A DNA stretch of 63,650 bases, the filler included, from Porpidia crustulata (Eukaryota), in the NCBI GenBank assembly GCA_964255105.1. It is 3 parts of 3 records of this genome, joined end to end, with 100 filler letters (N's around TTAATTAATTAA, not from the genome) between each part and the next. Parts side by side here need not be neighbours in the genome. Positions count along the whole stretch, not along the records: positions 1 to 21,244 come from CAXUWE010000107.1; 2 more parts are not named here. One strand, given 5' to 3'. A program made the translations under genes and the position numbers. Under the pieces are notes generated by a model. That model did not search any database. It had not been told where the DNA came from and saw only the letters and a list, made by a program, of their open reading frames with translations. The first letter of the stretch is position 1, and the number at the start of each line of letters is the position of its first letter. Positions 1 through 10,112 of the stretch are shown piece after piece.

Positions 1-416
1 TTCCAATCAACAGCCTGCACTTCCAACCCAGCAGCCCGCACTTCCAACCCAGCAGTCTATCCTTCCTATGCAGCAGCCTGCACTTCCAACCCAGCAGCCC
101 GCACTTCCAACCCAGCAGCCTATCTTTCCTATGCAACAGCCTGCGGCCCAGACACAACCGTCAACTTCAGCAACCTCAACGCCCTCGATTGCACAACCTA
201 CCCATCGCGCCGTGGCTTCATATCAGGCAAAGACTACAACAGAGGTCAATCTAGATCAGGGAGAAATGGTACGCTTCGCTTTTGATCGAGGAGATGGTGA
301 GTTGCAATTATATATAAATGAACTCCACATGCTAATGATACCTTAAAGGCTGGTGGCTCATCTTGAAGTCAAATAATACGTCAGGCTTCGCTCCTTCAAG
401 CTACCTAAGTACTTGA
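1..416 (+). CDS. 3' end of a Pro/Gln-repeat protein with a C-terminal SH3 domain (5'-truncated by window edge)
   Basis: Splicing a GTGAGT..AG intron (297-348) joins HRAVASYQAKTTTEVNLDQGEMV..DRGD to GWWLILKSNNTSGFAPSSYLST*. This matches the SH3 ALYDY-like, WW and GxxPxxY motifs. It is preceded by (PALPTQQ)n repeats. Confidence 0.8.
2..144 (+). repeat. Coding 21-bp minisatellite (QQPALPT) with 63-bp higher-order periodicity
   Basis: CAGCAGCCYGCACTTCCAACC units recur; every third unit is a variant (QQSILPM / QQPIFPM). Confidence 0.85.
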
Positions 417-475
417 GACTTAGGAGAGAATTATGAGATCCGTGATATTCGGAAATTGTCTGTAGAGGGTTTTGT

Positions 476-515
476 GATAAAATGATTTGTATTGAGATAA
501 AATGATTTGTATTGA
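476..515. repeat. Perfect 20-bp tandem duplication
   Basis: GATAAAATGATTTGTATTGA x2. Confidence 0.9.
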
Positions 516-1037
516 TTAATAGTTTTTACCTTCTTTTGAGATTTAGTACAATGATTTCATCTCACCAATAGATAATTTTCTCGAGAATACATAGTTGAAT
601 AAAATGAGATTCTTCAATCCTTATTTCATGCTTTGTTAAGTGAATTGATGCATTGTAACAGAGGTATGTATCTAGATATTCTGTCAAGACACCAAAGTTT
701 GATTGAAATAAATACCATGCATTGAACCAAGTTCTCTTACAAGTATAACCACATCGCGCTCCGAGTCTGATAAGTTCTAGTAGTTGGCCCGAAGGGGGAA
801 TCTTTTCGGAAACTGCACGTGAGTCTCGAATTCCCACCCCTAGCCCTTCGACTCCAAAGGCCAATCCCTCACCCTACGTCTTGCTTTGGTCATCCTTAGT
901 CCTTAACATCAAATTCGATCTAATGTATATAAAGAGCGTTATCCTTGAATCATTGCAGAGTATACAGCTTTCCTTCAGTCTGACATTTCAGATCGAAATA
1001 AGTATTTAACGTGCAATAAATCAAATCTGACTCTATA

Positions 1038-1865
1038 ATGATTGAAGTTACGGTCAAGACATCCGTGTCCGCGATTCTGATGGCTCTTGCGATGACAGTA
1101 AGGTGTCACTCATGGGTTGAACAGGTCTCCCTTGTCGAAGATGTCGGATTCCAAAACCCCGGCTATCCGAGAGGCAATGGTGATTTGCAACTTTCGTTGA
1201 GCGGTGTATACTCGGCTAACTATTCTGTAGTGATTCGAACCTCGCCAGAGTTTCTTCATAATGGTACGGTCATGACTTACTTACTTCCGCCAAATGGGCG
1301 TTCAGGAAACGTCGAGATCATATCCAGCGACAAAATTTGCATGCCCAGTCAACAATTTCCGTACCAGTCTCAAGGTAGCCCACGTTTGGAGGTGAAAGCA
1401 GGCAAGGAGATTGTTTTAAGATACCAAGAAAATGGGCATGTCACGCTTCCGCATGCAACCCCCGGGAAGGTGACGCCTGGAACAGTTTTCGTATACGGAA
1501 CTAAGGAGTCTCGTTCAACCGATACCCTGCTCAACATTCACAAAGTCTGGAACAAGGATGGAACGGCGGGCGATGCACGCGGACGACTACTCGTAGAGTT
1601 TGACTTCGATGACGGAGAATGTTACGGACCAAATTTTTCGAGTCCTATCTTCCAACTCAGACAAAAAACATTCGAGGCAGATCCAGGACAGGGGCCAAAT
1701 AGGTGGTGTCGAAATACGGTGCAGGTGCCGAAGGACACAACAGAGGGGGTCTATACACTATATTGGGTTTGGGATTGGCCGTCTTCTCTTGATAGCTCTG
1801 ATGGTTCGATAAAGCGGAAGGATGAGATTTACACAACATGTATTGATCTGCATATTATTACTTAG
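1038..1865 (+). CDS. Secreted protein with N-terminal His after signal peptide; LPMO-like fold candidate (resembles the fungal DUF7492-type family)
   Basis: Hydrophobic leader ending VRC|HSWVEQ. Motifs GYPRGNV (after removing in-frame 51-nt intron 1180-1230 with CTAAC branch), ENGHV, FDDGECY, GVYTLYWVWDWP and EIYTTCID. Confidence 0.8.
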   Translation: MIEVTVKTSVSAILMALAMTVRCHSWVEQVSLVEDVGFQNPGYPRGNGDLQLSLSGVYSANYSVVIRTSPEFLHNGTVMTYLLPPNGRSGNVEIISSDKICMPSQQFPYQSQGSPRLEVKAGKEIVLRYQENGHVTLPHATPGKVTPGTVFVYGTKESRSTDTLLNIHKVWNKDGTAGDARGRLLVEFDFDDGECYGPNFSSPIFQLRQKTFEADPGQGPNRWCRNTVQVPKDTTEGVYTLYWVWDWPSSLDSSDGSIKRKDEIYTTCIDLHIIT

Positions 1866-2774
1866 GCAAATAATTAACAGATAGAAATAATGTCTGATGC
1901 ATACACGTTATTTTCGCCACGCTGTGTTGTCCGTCTCCCCTTGCCACTTGATCAGGAACTTTCCCACGGTCCGTCGGGCAAAACCTGCTGGCAGCCGAAG
2001 TCGAGCCCAATTGGGCTCTCGTGCTAGATGCTCCCAAGACGATGCAATTTTGCCAGATATGAGATAGTCATTCAGCACTACTCAATTCTGATTTTGCTGA
2101 AGACGTCTGTAAGCGACGCTGGACGACGGTCAGGTTCGGCCGGAGTGGAGATAAGATGGCGGTGGAAGAAGGATTTCTTTCAGGTGGAGCTTCAAGATGC
2201 ACGTTATGTGTCGGTGCGGAGGTGTGCAAAAACAAATGTCCCGGAACGAAATGAGCAGGATAATTAGCAGCAAACGGATGAAGGCCTTGTTTGTAAGCTA
2301 ATACAAGACGATTGAATCGAAGGCGTTGACGGAAGCAGACGAACGTTTAACGATCCTTGATGAGATATGTAAAGTAGAAAGAGGTGAAAAGTCTGTGATG
2401 AAAGAAGGTAAACAAGGCTTGTGCGGGTACGTAGTAGAATAGAAAAGTAGGTCACAGATGCGAACAAGTTCATAAAGCTCGAGTATGACTATAGTTGCGT
2501 GAGTAAGGGGGGATCGCCGCATGTGGGGTGTCGAAGGTCCTGTTGAAGACAAAGAGAAAGATAGTATAGATATGAATGATGTTGGGCAGTATAAAAGAGA
2601 GGTTAATCATCACCAAGCTTATTGGCCGTGTGAAACTGAGCTGAAATTTCCATTCCGTCCGGAACTCGCTTTGCAGGCGGAACCAGGCCACCAGCCGGAA
2701 CGCTAAAGAGGGGATTCTCCCCAGTCTCTTGCTCTATTCTTTTGCGTCATACACCACCCAAATATCTAAATAAT

Positions 2775-3732
2775 ATGGCTAAGTCACCGTACATCAAGAA
2801 ACGTGGTGACGCCGATCGATACACGAAGAAGAAGGCTATCGATCGGGTGGCCAAGCGAAGTGATATCAAAACTTCTATTTCACGAGCACTTATTGCGGGC
2901 GAAGTCCAAAAGGTGCTGAATAGTGGAGCACACAATGAGAGGCGGAAAGTGACATTGATCTTCTCAATGAAGCAGAATTCGATGTATATCAACGGCAAGC
3001 AATCGTTGTGCGACTGAATTCGAATATCGAGTGCGGATACGGTACCTTCGCAGCAGGAAGCTGTCCATGCACTGAACGCTAGGAAGAGACGGGCTAACAA
3101 GATAGTGCGGACGGGCGTCAATATACGGGCGTCTTTCTCGGTGTCGGATGAGACCCGGGTGATGATGTTGCCGTATGAGCCACATGAGTGTGCGAAAGCA
3201 CTTGGACACAGTTCCTTTAGCAACTGTCCCGAACGCGAAGGCTGGACATGTACCGGAGGGTTGGAATGCGGTAATGGTGCCTCACCACATGTTGAGGCTT
3301 GTGTCGAAGCACGAGCCGTTGATGATGAAGAAGAGCGGAGAGAACATCGCGTTGAACATGGTGGATAATCCCGTGTTTCAGAGCCGCGTATCAACGCATG
3401 CGGGCAAACATAGTGATATGGTTGTGCGGAAGAAGTTCGGTGAAGGAGAGCTGCGCCGTACCTTGAATTAGGATCAAGGAGAAAACGCACAGCAGGTTGG
3501 GATGGGTTACACGTTCTGAACAACCCACACTGTGAATGAATACTGAAAGTTGAACAGGGCGTACACATACATGTACGAGGGAATGGATGATCAGGTGTTT
3601 GAGCGGAGCGCGGAAATGATTTTATACGTGGATTGTCCGTCGTTGGACTCGAAAGAAGTACCGGAGGAGCAACCATTGGTTTGGGCAATGGTGCGTAATG
3701 TGACTTTGGATACTTGGCATTTGGAGTACTAA
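2775..3732 (+). pseudogene. Decayed gene of unknown function
   Basis: Protein-like segments continue through an in-frame TGA (3015-3017), a frame change near 3300 and further stops. A TATA-like GTATAAAAG lies at about 2589. A paralogous fragment exists at about 4020-4110 on the - strand. Confidence 0.4.
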
Positions 3733-3815
3733 TTTGGTTGAAGACTATTGCTTATTAGGTAAGTAGTTGTGTTGAAAAGAGTGTATAAGAAAAGGAAACC
3801 ACTTCTCCATTGTAC

Positions 3816-3917
3816 CAGCGCCATTAGGAATCGAACCTAATCTGATTACAACTTGAACGGTTCACGGGATAGTTGTAATTGCGTGAGCAAGGGGGGTCGA
3901 AGACCCAGGTGGAGCCA
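3816..3917 (-). other. tRNA-like relic: perfect B-box/T-arm plus upstream hairpin
   Basis: The minus strand reads ATTACAACT-N17-AGTTGTAAT CAG ATTAGG-TTCGATT-CCTAAT GGCGCTG, followed by a TTTT run. D and anticodon arms are non-canonical. Confidence 0.4.
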
Positions 3918-4117
3918 CGGACGGAACCAACAGTTCCAGACTACACAAGTGCCAGCCTGTTTACACGATTCCCCTGGAACACTGGAACCTGGAAAAGTTT
4001 GTTCAGCGCTCGAAGTACAACGCGAGAGCATTTTCTTTAGAGACCGCCAATGTCGCTTTTCGTCTCTCGTTGTGTGCTTCACTATTGAGCATCATTTTGC
4101 ACTTCGCCCGGAACAAT

Positions 4118-5320
4118 AGAGTCCGTTTTTGCGCCTTGATTGCGTCGCGAAGTGCCTCCAGGAGCTCCTTGATCGACTGGAATTCACAGATTTCCCGGCC
4201 CGCCGGTGAGAGTACCAAGCAACGAAATACGCCATTGTCGAATGAAATCTCATTGGGGGCATAGAGACTTTTCGTTTGAGTATCTTCCACAGAGTTTGTT
4301 ACCTCCATTTCCTGCTTGACCTTATCAAATCTCTGGCTGTTGGACCTTGACCTTTTGGACGGCCTTCCTCCGGCGTTTATGGGCTTTCGCTTTTTTGGAG
4401 AACCACCGGCTGTACTTAGTCCATGAAGCTGGCTGAACGATTAGTAAAGGAGATTCTGTGGTTGACACTGTGAAAAGAAGGACGCCGTACTTAGCGAAGG
4501 GCTTCGAAAAGTGTGCGGCTTCGTGAAAGTGGATTCTTCACGCATTTTCGCAATCCTCGCATCTTACCCCTCTCTCGTGTGCTAACCTGAGAAGGTCTGC
4601 TTCTGGTGGCCGTTTATCGGAGGTCCACGAAAGTTTGACAACATACTGCGGATCCTTGAGACCTGAAGTCACGGTAAGAAAGCAAGAAGAGCCACGACGG
4701 ACAATCGCCCGTTGATAGGCAATAAGATCTGGCTTCAACGGAAGTATTATTTCCTCTTCAGTGGCATCTTCGGTAATAGTGGTAGACCGATATTCCATCT
4801 TCCGCTCTATAAATGTATTCAGGCTCGATGAATCTCCTTGATGCTCTTAGTCCAGTCTTTTTCGTTAAACTATCTCGAGAAGAATCCTTCAACACACTGA
4901 TATGTACAGTTCTTGGTGTCGTCGAAGAAGACTGGAATACTTATAGGAGGGGTCATCGGAGAAACGGATCTCATGAGATCGAAAAAAGCGTTTCAGATAT
5001 CAAAATCCAGTGCCTTCTTGATGACTAGTCATAGTAGCGCACGGTAGGGTTCATAATTGGAGTCATCATCTTGGACACGTCTGAAAAGCGTGGACAGTTC
5101 AAATGCTAGATTCCCATCTCCAGTCTTTGATCGAGGATCAAGGGCCGTCTCGTCGCTCTGCAGTGTGGTGAGAAGTTTCGATATTGTCTTTGAAGGTCAT
5201 TTTGCAAGATGAGCACACTACCATTACAAAGCACCCTCTGGACAACTCCCTAGAGCATTTATGAGATCCACTTCGAAAGGTAGAGCAGCCTTTTGAGCCA
5301 CCCTCCAACTCGTACCATGG
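4118..5320 (-). pseudogene. FunK1 (fungal-type protein kinase) pseudogene
   Basis: Family-like segments in the right order: ISKLLTTLQ..ELSTLFRRVQ..DFDI, SPMTPP, VEGFFSR*FNEKDW, LNTFIER, VVKLSWTSDKRPPEADLLRLAHERGV, SPAGREICEFQSIKELLEALRDAIKA. There are stops, frameshifts and internal deletions, and it ends before the HRD catalytic loop. Confidence 0.85.
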
Positions 5321-6122
5321 AGCTGTTGATAGTTCCGACCAGGATTGGTCATCTTAAGGCAGAAGGTCTAAGGCTTGGTCTTGTCGTGAACCTAGTGTAT
5401 TGGTGTGAGAGTGCGCACCGAAGTTGATTGAAATAAGAGATTTCACCCAATTTGCGGAAGTCGTGGGGAGAGGGTGGGTGAAGAGACTAAGAACAAAGTT
5501 CAGTAGAACAAGATAGGCTTAGCGCTCAGCTTTGATCACGTTTGATATCACCACTGCCGCTTATCACAGAGAAAATCTTCTGGGCACCGACATCTAAGCT
5601 ATCGATATATTCAATCATGTCCATTTCTGTCCCTTCGTGCGCTGTGCGCTTTTGTTCAACTCTACTCGACTCGACTCACGCTAGTCAAATTAGTCTCTCA
5701 AAGGCGCAGACTACCTTTTACGTTTACAGAGTCAGCCGTACTCACCAACTTATCATCGGTATAGCATAAACATCTTACAGAGGTCAGTACCATTTGTTTA
5801 GGCGAATGTCACCCCGTCATATTGGCGTTTTCCCTCTCCTCTTGCTTGACAGACTCTTCTGTAGGCGGCGCATCCTCGTGTACGATCAACTCCAATCCCA
5901 ACCGGTTTCTGTACGTGCTTCACAGCTTCATTTATCTCGACACGTGAGCTCGCAATGTGGCGTCAGCCTGGTTGGGGGTCTTAGAGCGATTTTCGAATTA
6001 TCCGACTTCTTTGCATCCAAATGATGAACCTACCTAAGATAGAACCCAGACGACAAATTCTCGAAAATGGTTTTCGCGCCTATACCGCAGGGAAAAGAGG
6101 ACAAGGGAAATGCGTAACTCTC

Positions 6123-6700
6123 TCAAGACGTCCCCCGCTTGACTACAAATTGATACATAGCCCTGAAAGGCTCCAGCCCGTCCCCTTTTCTGCGCCGAAA
6201 CTCCCAGTTCGTCTTCTCCGCTCTTGTACCTTCCCGATTCTCGTCTATTTTCTTGTTCTTTCTATTGTCCTTTCCCTCTTCTCCTGCACGCTCATCACCC
6301 CTATCATCACTCTTCGCCTTCCTCGACCGCTTCTTCATTTCTTCAATCCTTCTCTCTGCTTTCGTCAACTTCTCTTCAGCTCCCTTTCATGTTTCATTCT
6401 CTTTTTCATTTCTTTATCAAGTTTCTCAACGATCTGCTTCCTTTCCTTCATCATTTTCATCAGTCTCTTCTTCATTCTCTTGTGCTTCTCGATCTCTTCT
6501 TCTGAATTTCCGCAAACAGCGCGCAGATGCTGCTAGAACGCTTTTCGACGCTCTTTGCGAAGACTTTGAACTTTGTGTTGTGTGTCTTCGAGTTTGAGAG
6601 TAAGCAAGCGGATCTGACATTGATGATCTTGAAGAGCAGCTTGAAGCTGTGCGATGTCTTGAGAATCCAATGTACCCGCCAACGGCACGGCAGATGCCAT
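6123..6700 (-). pseudogene. Coiled-coil, K/E/R-rich protein pseudogene
   Basis: MASAVP..LRKERRKAF*QHLR..EIEKHKRMKKRLMKMMKERKQ continues past an in-frame TAG (6533-6535), then frameshifts near 6370 into LTKAERRIEEMKK. Confidence 0.5.
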
Positions 6701-9451
6701 CTCGATTGAAGGGTTGAGATGATGGGAGAGGAAGGGGGGAAAGGTAGAGCTTAAGTCCAGATCCGAAATGATCCTCTCACCGCTCCTGCTGACTCTCTGC
6801 GGGAGATGAGAAGTTTGAGGCGTTGGTGAACGCTTGTGAGGGTTTTTATTCGCCGGTAATGCACATCGCGCAAGCCCCTCAATGTTATTCTGACGTTCTG
6901 TTCTGTCAGCCCTAATGGAATCCTCTCTTCGCTGAATGTTATGGACGGTAGTTTCTAGGTATCTTTGGTCGGGTGGTAGATCTTGCTGGCTGATCATTGG
7001 GAGTGGTGAATATAGTTGCGTCCTTGATTAGTTCTGGAGCCTGAGTATGCCAGAAAGAGGACGACAATCTCGTTGAGGAAATGGTATGTGAAGGCGCCGA
7101 TGTGGACCATGAAATGGATATTGTCAAGCCTGAAGTTTCATTCAACCCCAGCCACGCCATCTTCGAGTCCACCCTAGCCAATTCTATTGACAACGCATTG
7201 CCAGCGAATAATCTCTCCTAGGGCCCTGTGTCCGGAGTCTTAGTCGTACTGGCACATCGTGTACAATGTGGCACTAGCAGCTCTCCAGCTCATCGATTAC
7301 AAGGTTTTGGAAAGCTATAGCGCCATCTGCTTCCTTACCACTGAAGTGAGACTCTGCTAATAGTATTGCTTTATCTTTCCTCGTTGGCCTACTGCCTAAT
7401 TGAGCGTCCTCAGTGGAAAATCTAAACAAGCCTAGCTCTTACAAAGTGGAGTTCTCTAATTTGATTCAATCGGGACACACTGATGGCTTACCGCCTCGCG
7501 TTGGTCTGCGGCCTATATTCCAATCCATCAAACTCGATTCGGAACACCTCGGCTACGATCACATCTCCAAGATGGAAACAATGTCTCATCAAGGGACGTT
7601 CCTTCGGCGTTATCAAGCTCCATCAGAGAACAAACTCGGGAACATTAAATTGAGACGATCTTGACGCGCTGAAGCAGCCTCTCAGAAACAAGAAGAGCAC
7701 ACTGTTCAGGCCTAACCTTCCTATTTGCCACGTATGAATATGTGAGACTTGGCTCAACACCGAATGGAAACCGCTCAACATTCGATCGATGCAAACACCC
7801 TTGAAGTAGATGATAGGATCATTGTCGCAATAGATGAGGATCATGCATCGTCAACCATTTTTGGATCTCGGCGAAGAGCACCTGTTGTCGATGAGTCCGA
7901 TCCTATCGTTCCGGCTCCAGTAAACATGACACACAGTCAAGAGATCGACGGGAGGCACAATTGGAGAGGTCCAGGAGCTGGAGTCTGGGTAATGTTGATT
8001 GCAGAGTTTACCCTCTGTAGCAAACCTTGTCACTACATGACCACGCTAAAGTACGTCAAACATAGGATATGGTTTGAACCAATATCTCCGGTTTATCCTG
8101 CCACCTTAATCTTCGGGCGGGAAGATTGCAAATCACCAGTCCGCATGATGCTAGAACTCTCAGCGAAGACTTAGAGATAGATCATTGAAATCATCTGATA
8201 CGTAATAAATTTCTGAGGGACTACCAGGCATGTCACCAATGAGCAATGTCCTCCGTAAGAGCTTACTGCAGCAACCTGAACCCACTGCAGCAGGCCACTT
8301 CCAACACTCCAAGAAGTGGAACATTCGGGTTCTTACGTTGACTTGGGAAGAGAATATGTTCTGCGGATTCGTCACTATACAGGTGGAGTAATCATACGTG
8401 TCAAGTACACCGAAGCTAGACGTATTTATTCCAAATAACCTTGTTCCACACCCAAACATCACAAAGGGTCTTCTCTCCTCTCCTACGACCATGATGGTCC
8501 CAAAACCTCAGGTAAAGTCAAGGAAAATAATTCCATTAATGCTTTGTTAAGCCGTACAGCAGGGGTTTCCCGAGGAATCAGGAGGAGGGCAACCTGAACG
8601 GGCTACCTCAGGCTCGGGCATGAGCTGCTCGCATTATCTTGCAGATCACCAAGCCGCACCCATTGGGTTTGACCATGAAAACTGGTTTGAACCAATACCT
8701 TTGACTGGCTCATCACCGATCAGCTGTCGATTAATGCGTCTCTTATTTGCGGAAATCAATCTTCTTCCCCTTCCTTCCACCAACATAATGCTCCATGGGT
8801 TGATGCAGTGTTGCATTTTCGCCATCTCCATACACCAAAAGAGGATTTATCCCTTGCCTTTTCGTTCAAGCCCCGGATATCGAAGTGGATTGCGCCATTC
8901 TTGTGCACTTGCAAGAGTCTTATGTGATTAGCGGGACAATATCTGTGTTGAAGTTTATAGGGTTTCCTCAGTTGGAGTGACTGATTTCGAGGATCTGCGT
9001 CGTCGGCGAATACTTCGGTTGGCTGATGACGACCCCGCCTGCAAAGTCTCGGTTATGCACTAATATTCTTATCCGGGCCTCATTGGGGGATACTTTGTGA
9101 ACCCTATTCGCATAGGCATAGAAGTTGCAGCCAAAATGCTAGGCATTAATGCTACGGCGCTGGTGACAAAAATTTGCTTATCCGGCCAAAAGATGCTGGA
9201 CCATTTTCTTGGTTGGTTGTCTGTTGCAACAGACTCGTCAATGTTACTCGGAAGAGGCTCAGAGAAAACTATAAACAGTAGCAAGGACCTTACGATGGGC
9301 TGGCTCACCATCACCTTAACTTGCCAATCTACGTCGTGGTCTAGCAACATACCCTCTGAGACCACCACTCGTGAGTCTCTATGTGACTAACTACGTACGT
9401 GCTAATAGATGCCTAAGGCCTACCCGTCTCATTGTCGCACAATCTGTCGCG

Positions 9452-9775
9452 ATGCCTTGGACCACCTTCGAACATTTCACTAGCATATTCAGTTTTGTGA
9501 TAGAGGCCGGGGGCGTTACCACTGCGGCAGTCGCGTATTACTTTCGAAGTGAAATCCTTACTGCTCTCTTCGAAGTGGGCGAAGGAAGAGCTTCTGACGC
9601 CCAGCGCCAATTAGCACGCGAAGGAGTCCAGCAGGCTGGAGCAGCAGGAAATCTAGTCCTGGAACGTGTTGAGAATGAATTGACAAACCATGGGCATGGA
9701 GAGGGTGCTATTAGACTGGACGAACTACGGCGAGAGGCGCAAGGCCGCCCCAGTTCGCCTGGTGGCATGGTCTAG
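9452..9775 (+). CDS. Small orphan protein with N-terminal hydrophobic segment and helical tail
   Basis: MPWTTFEHFTSIFSFVIEAGGVTTAAVAYYF..ELRREAQ; composition is protein-like. An upstream exon (9097-9370, GTGAGT donor) is possible. Confidence 0.4.
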   Translation: MPWTTFEHFTSIFSFVIEAGGVTTAAVAYYFRSEILTALFEVGEGRASDAQRQLAREGVQQAGAAGNLVLERVENELTNHGHGEGAIRLDELRREAQGRPSSPGGMV

Positions 9776-10112
9776 AGGATGATGGAAATCAACTCCAATT
9801 GTGAATCGGTTTTGAGTCTCTGGCTTGGAGTCAAGCTTTATGAATAATGGAAGTGAACAACGTTATGATGGACTTTGTGGCGGATGCTACCCTTAGCTGT
9901 AGCTGAAATCAATAATATGTAACAACCTTAGCCATGCCTCGGTTGCAGATGCCGACTTACGCTATAGAATCATACTTCGGTTACAGATGCCGATCTATTC
10001 TGTCGATTATGCCTGACTTTGCCGAGGGGTAGCCTTCCTCTTCAACGAAGTCTTTAATTCCGTAACTCATCGCTCTCATCTGTTCACAGTGAGCAACTAT
10101 AGCTCTCTGATT

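Noticed and set aside
2003..2018. 16-bp perfect palindrome GAGCCCAATTGGGCTC
   Set aside because: About one such palindrome is expected by chance in 64 kb, and there is no supporting context.
2747..3688. 313-aa minus-strand ORF
   Set aside because: No recognisable motifs; the paralogous peptide conservation is on the + strand frame, so this is probably a shadow ORF.
3816..3917. Functional tRNA or tRNA-Sec
   Set aside because: No canonical 5-bp anticodon stem with U33 and no proper D arm; kept only as a relic.
6021..6597. Hydrophobic Phe/Leu/Ser-rich ORFs resembling membrane proteins
   Set aside because: Antisense of a K/E/R-rich coiled-coil sequence.
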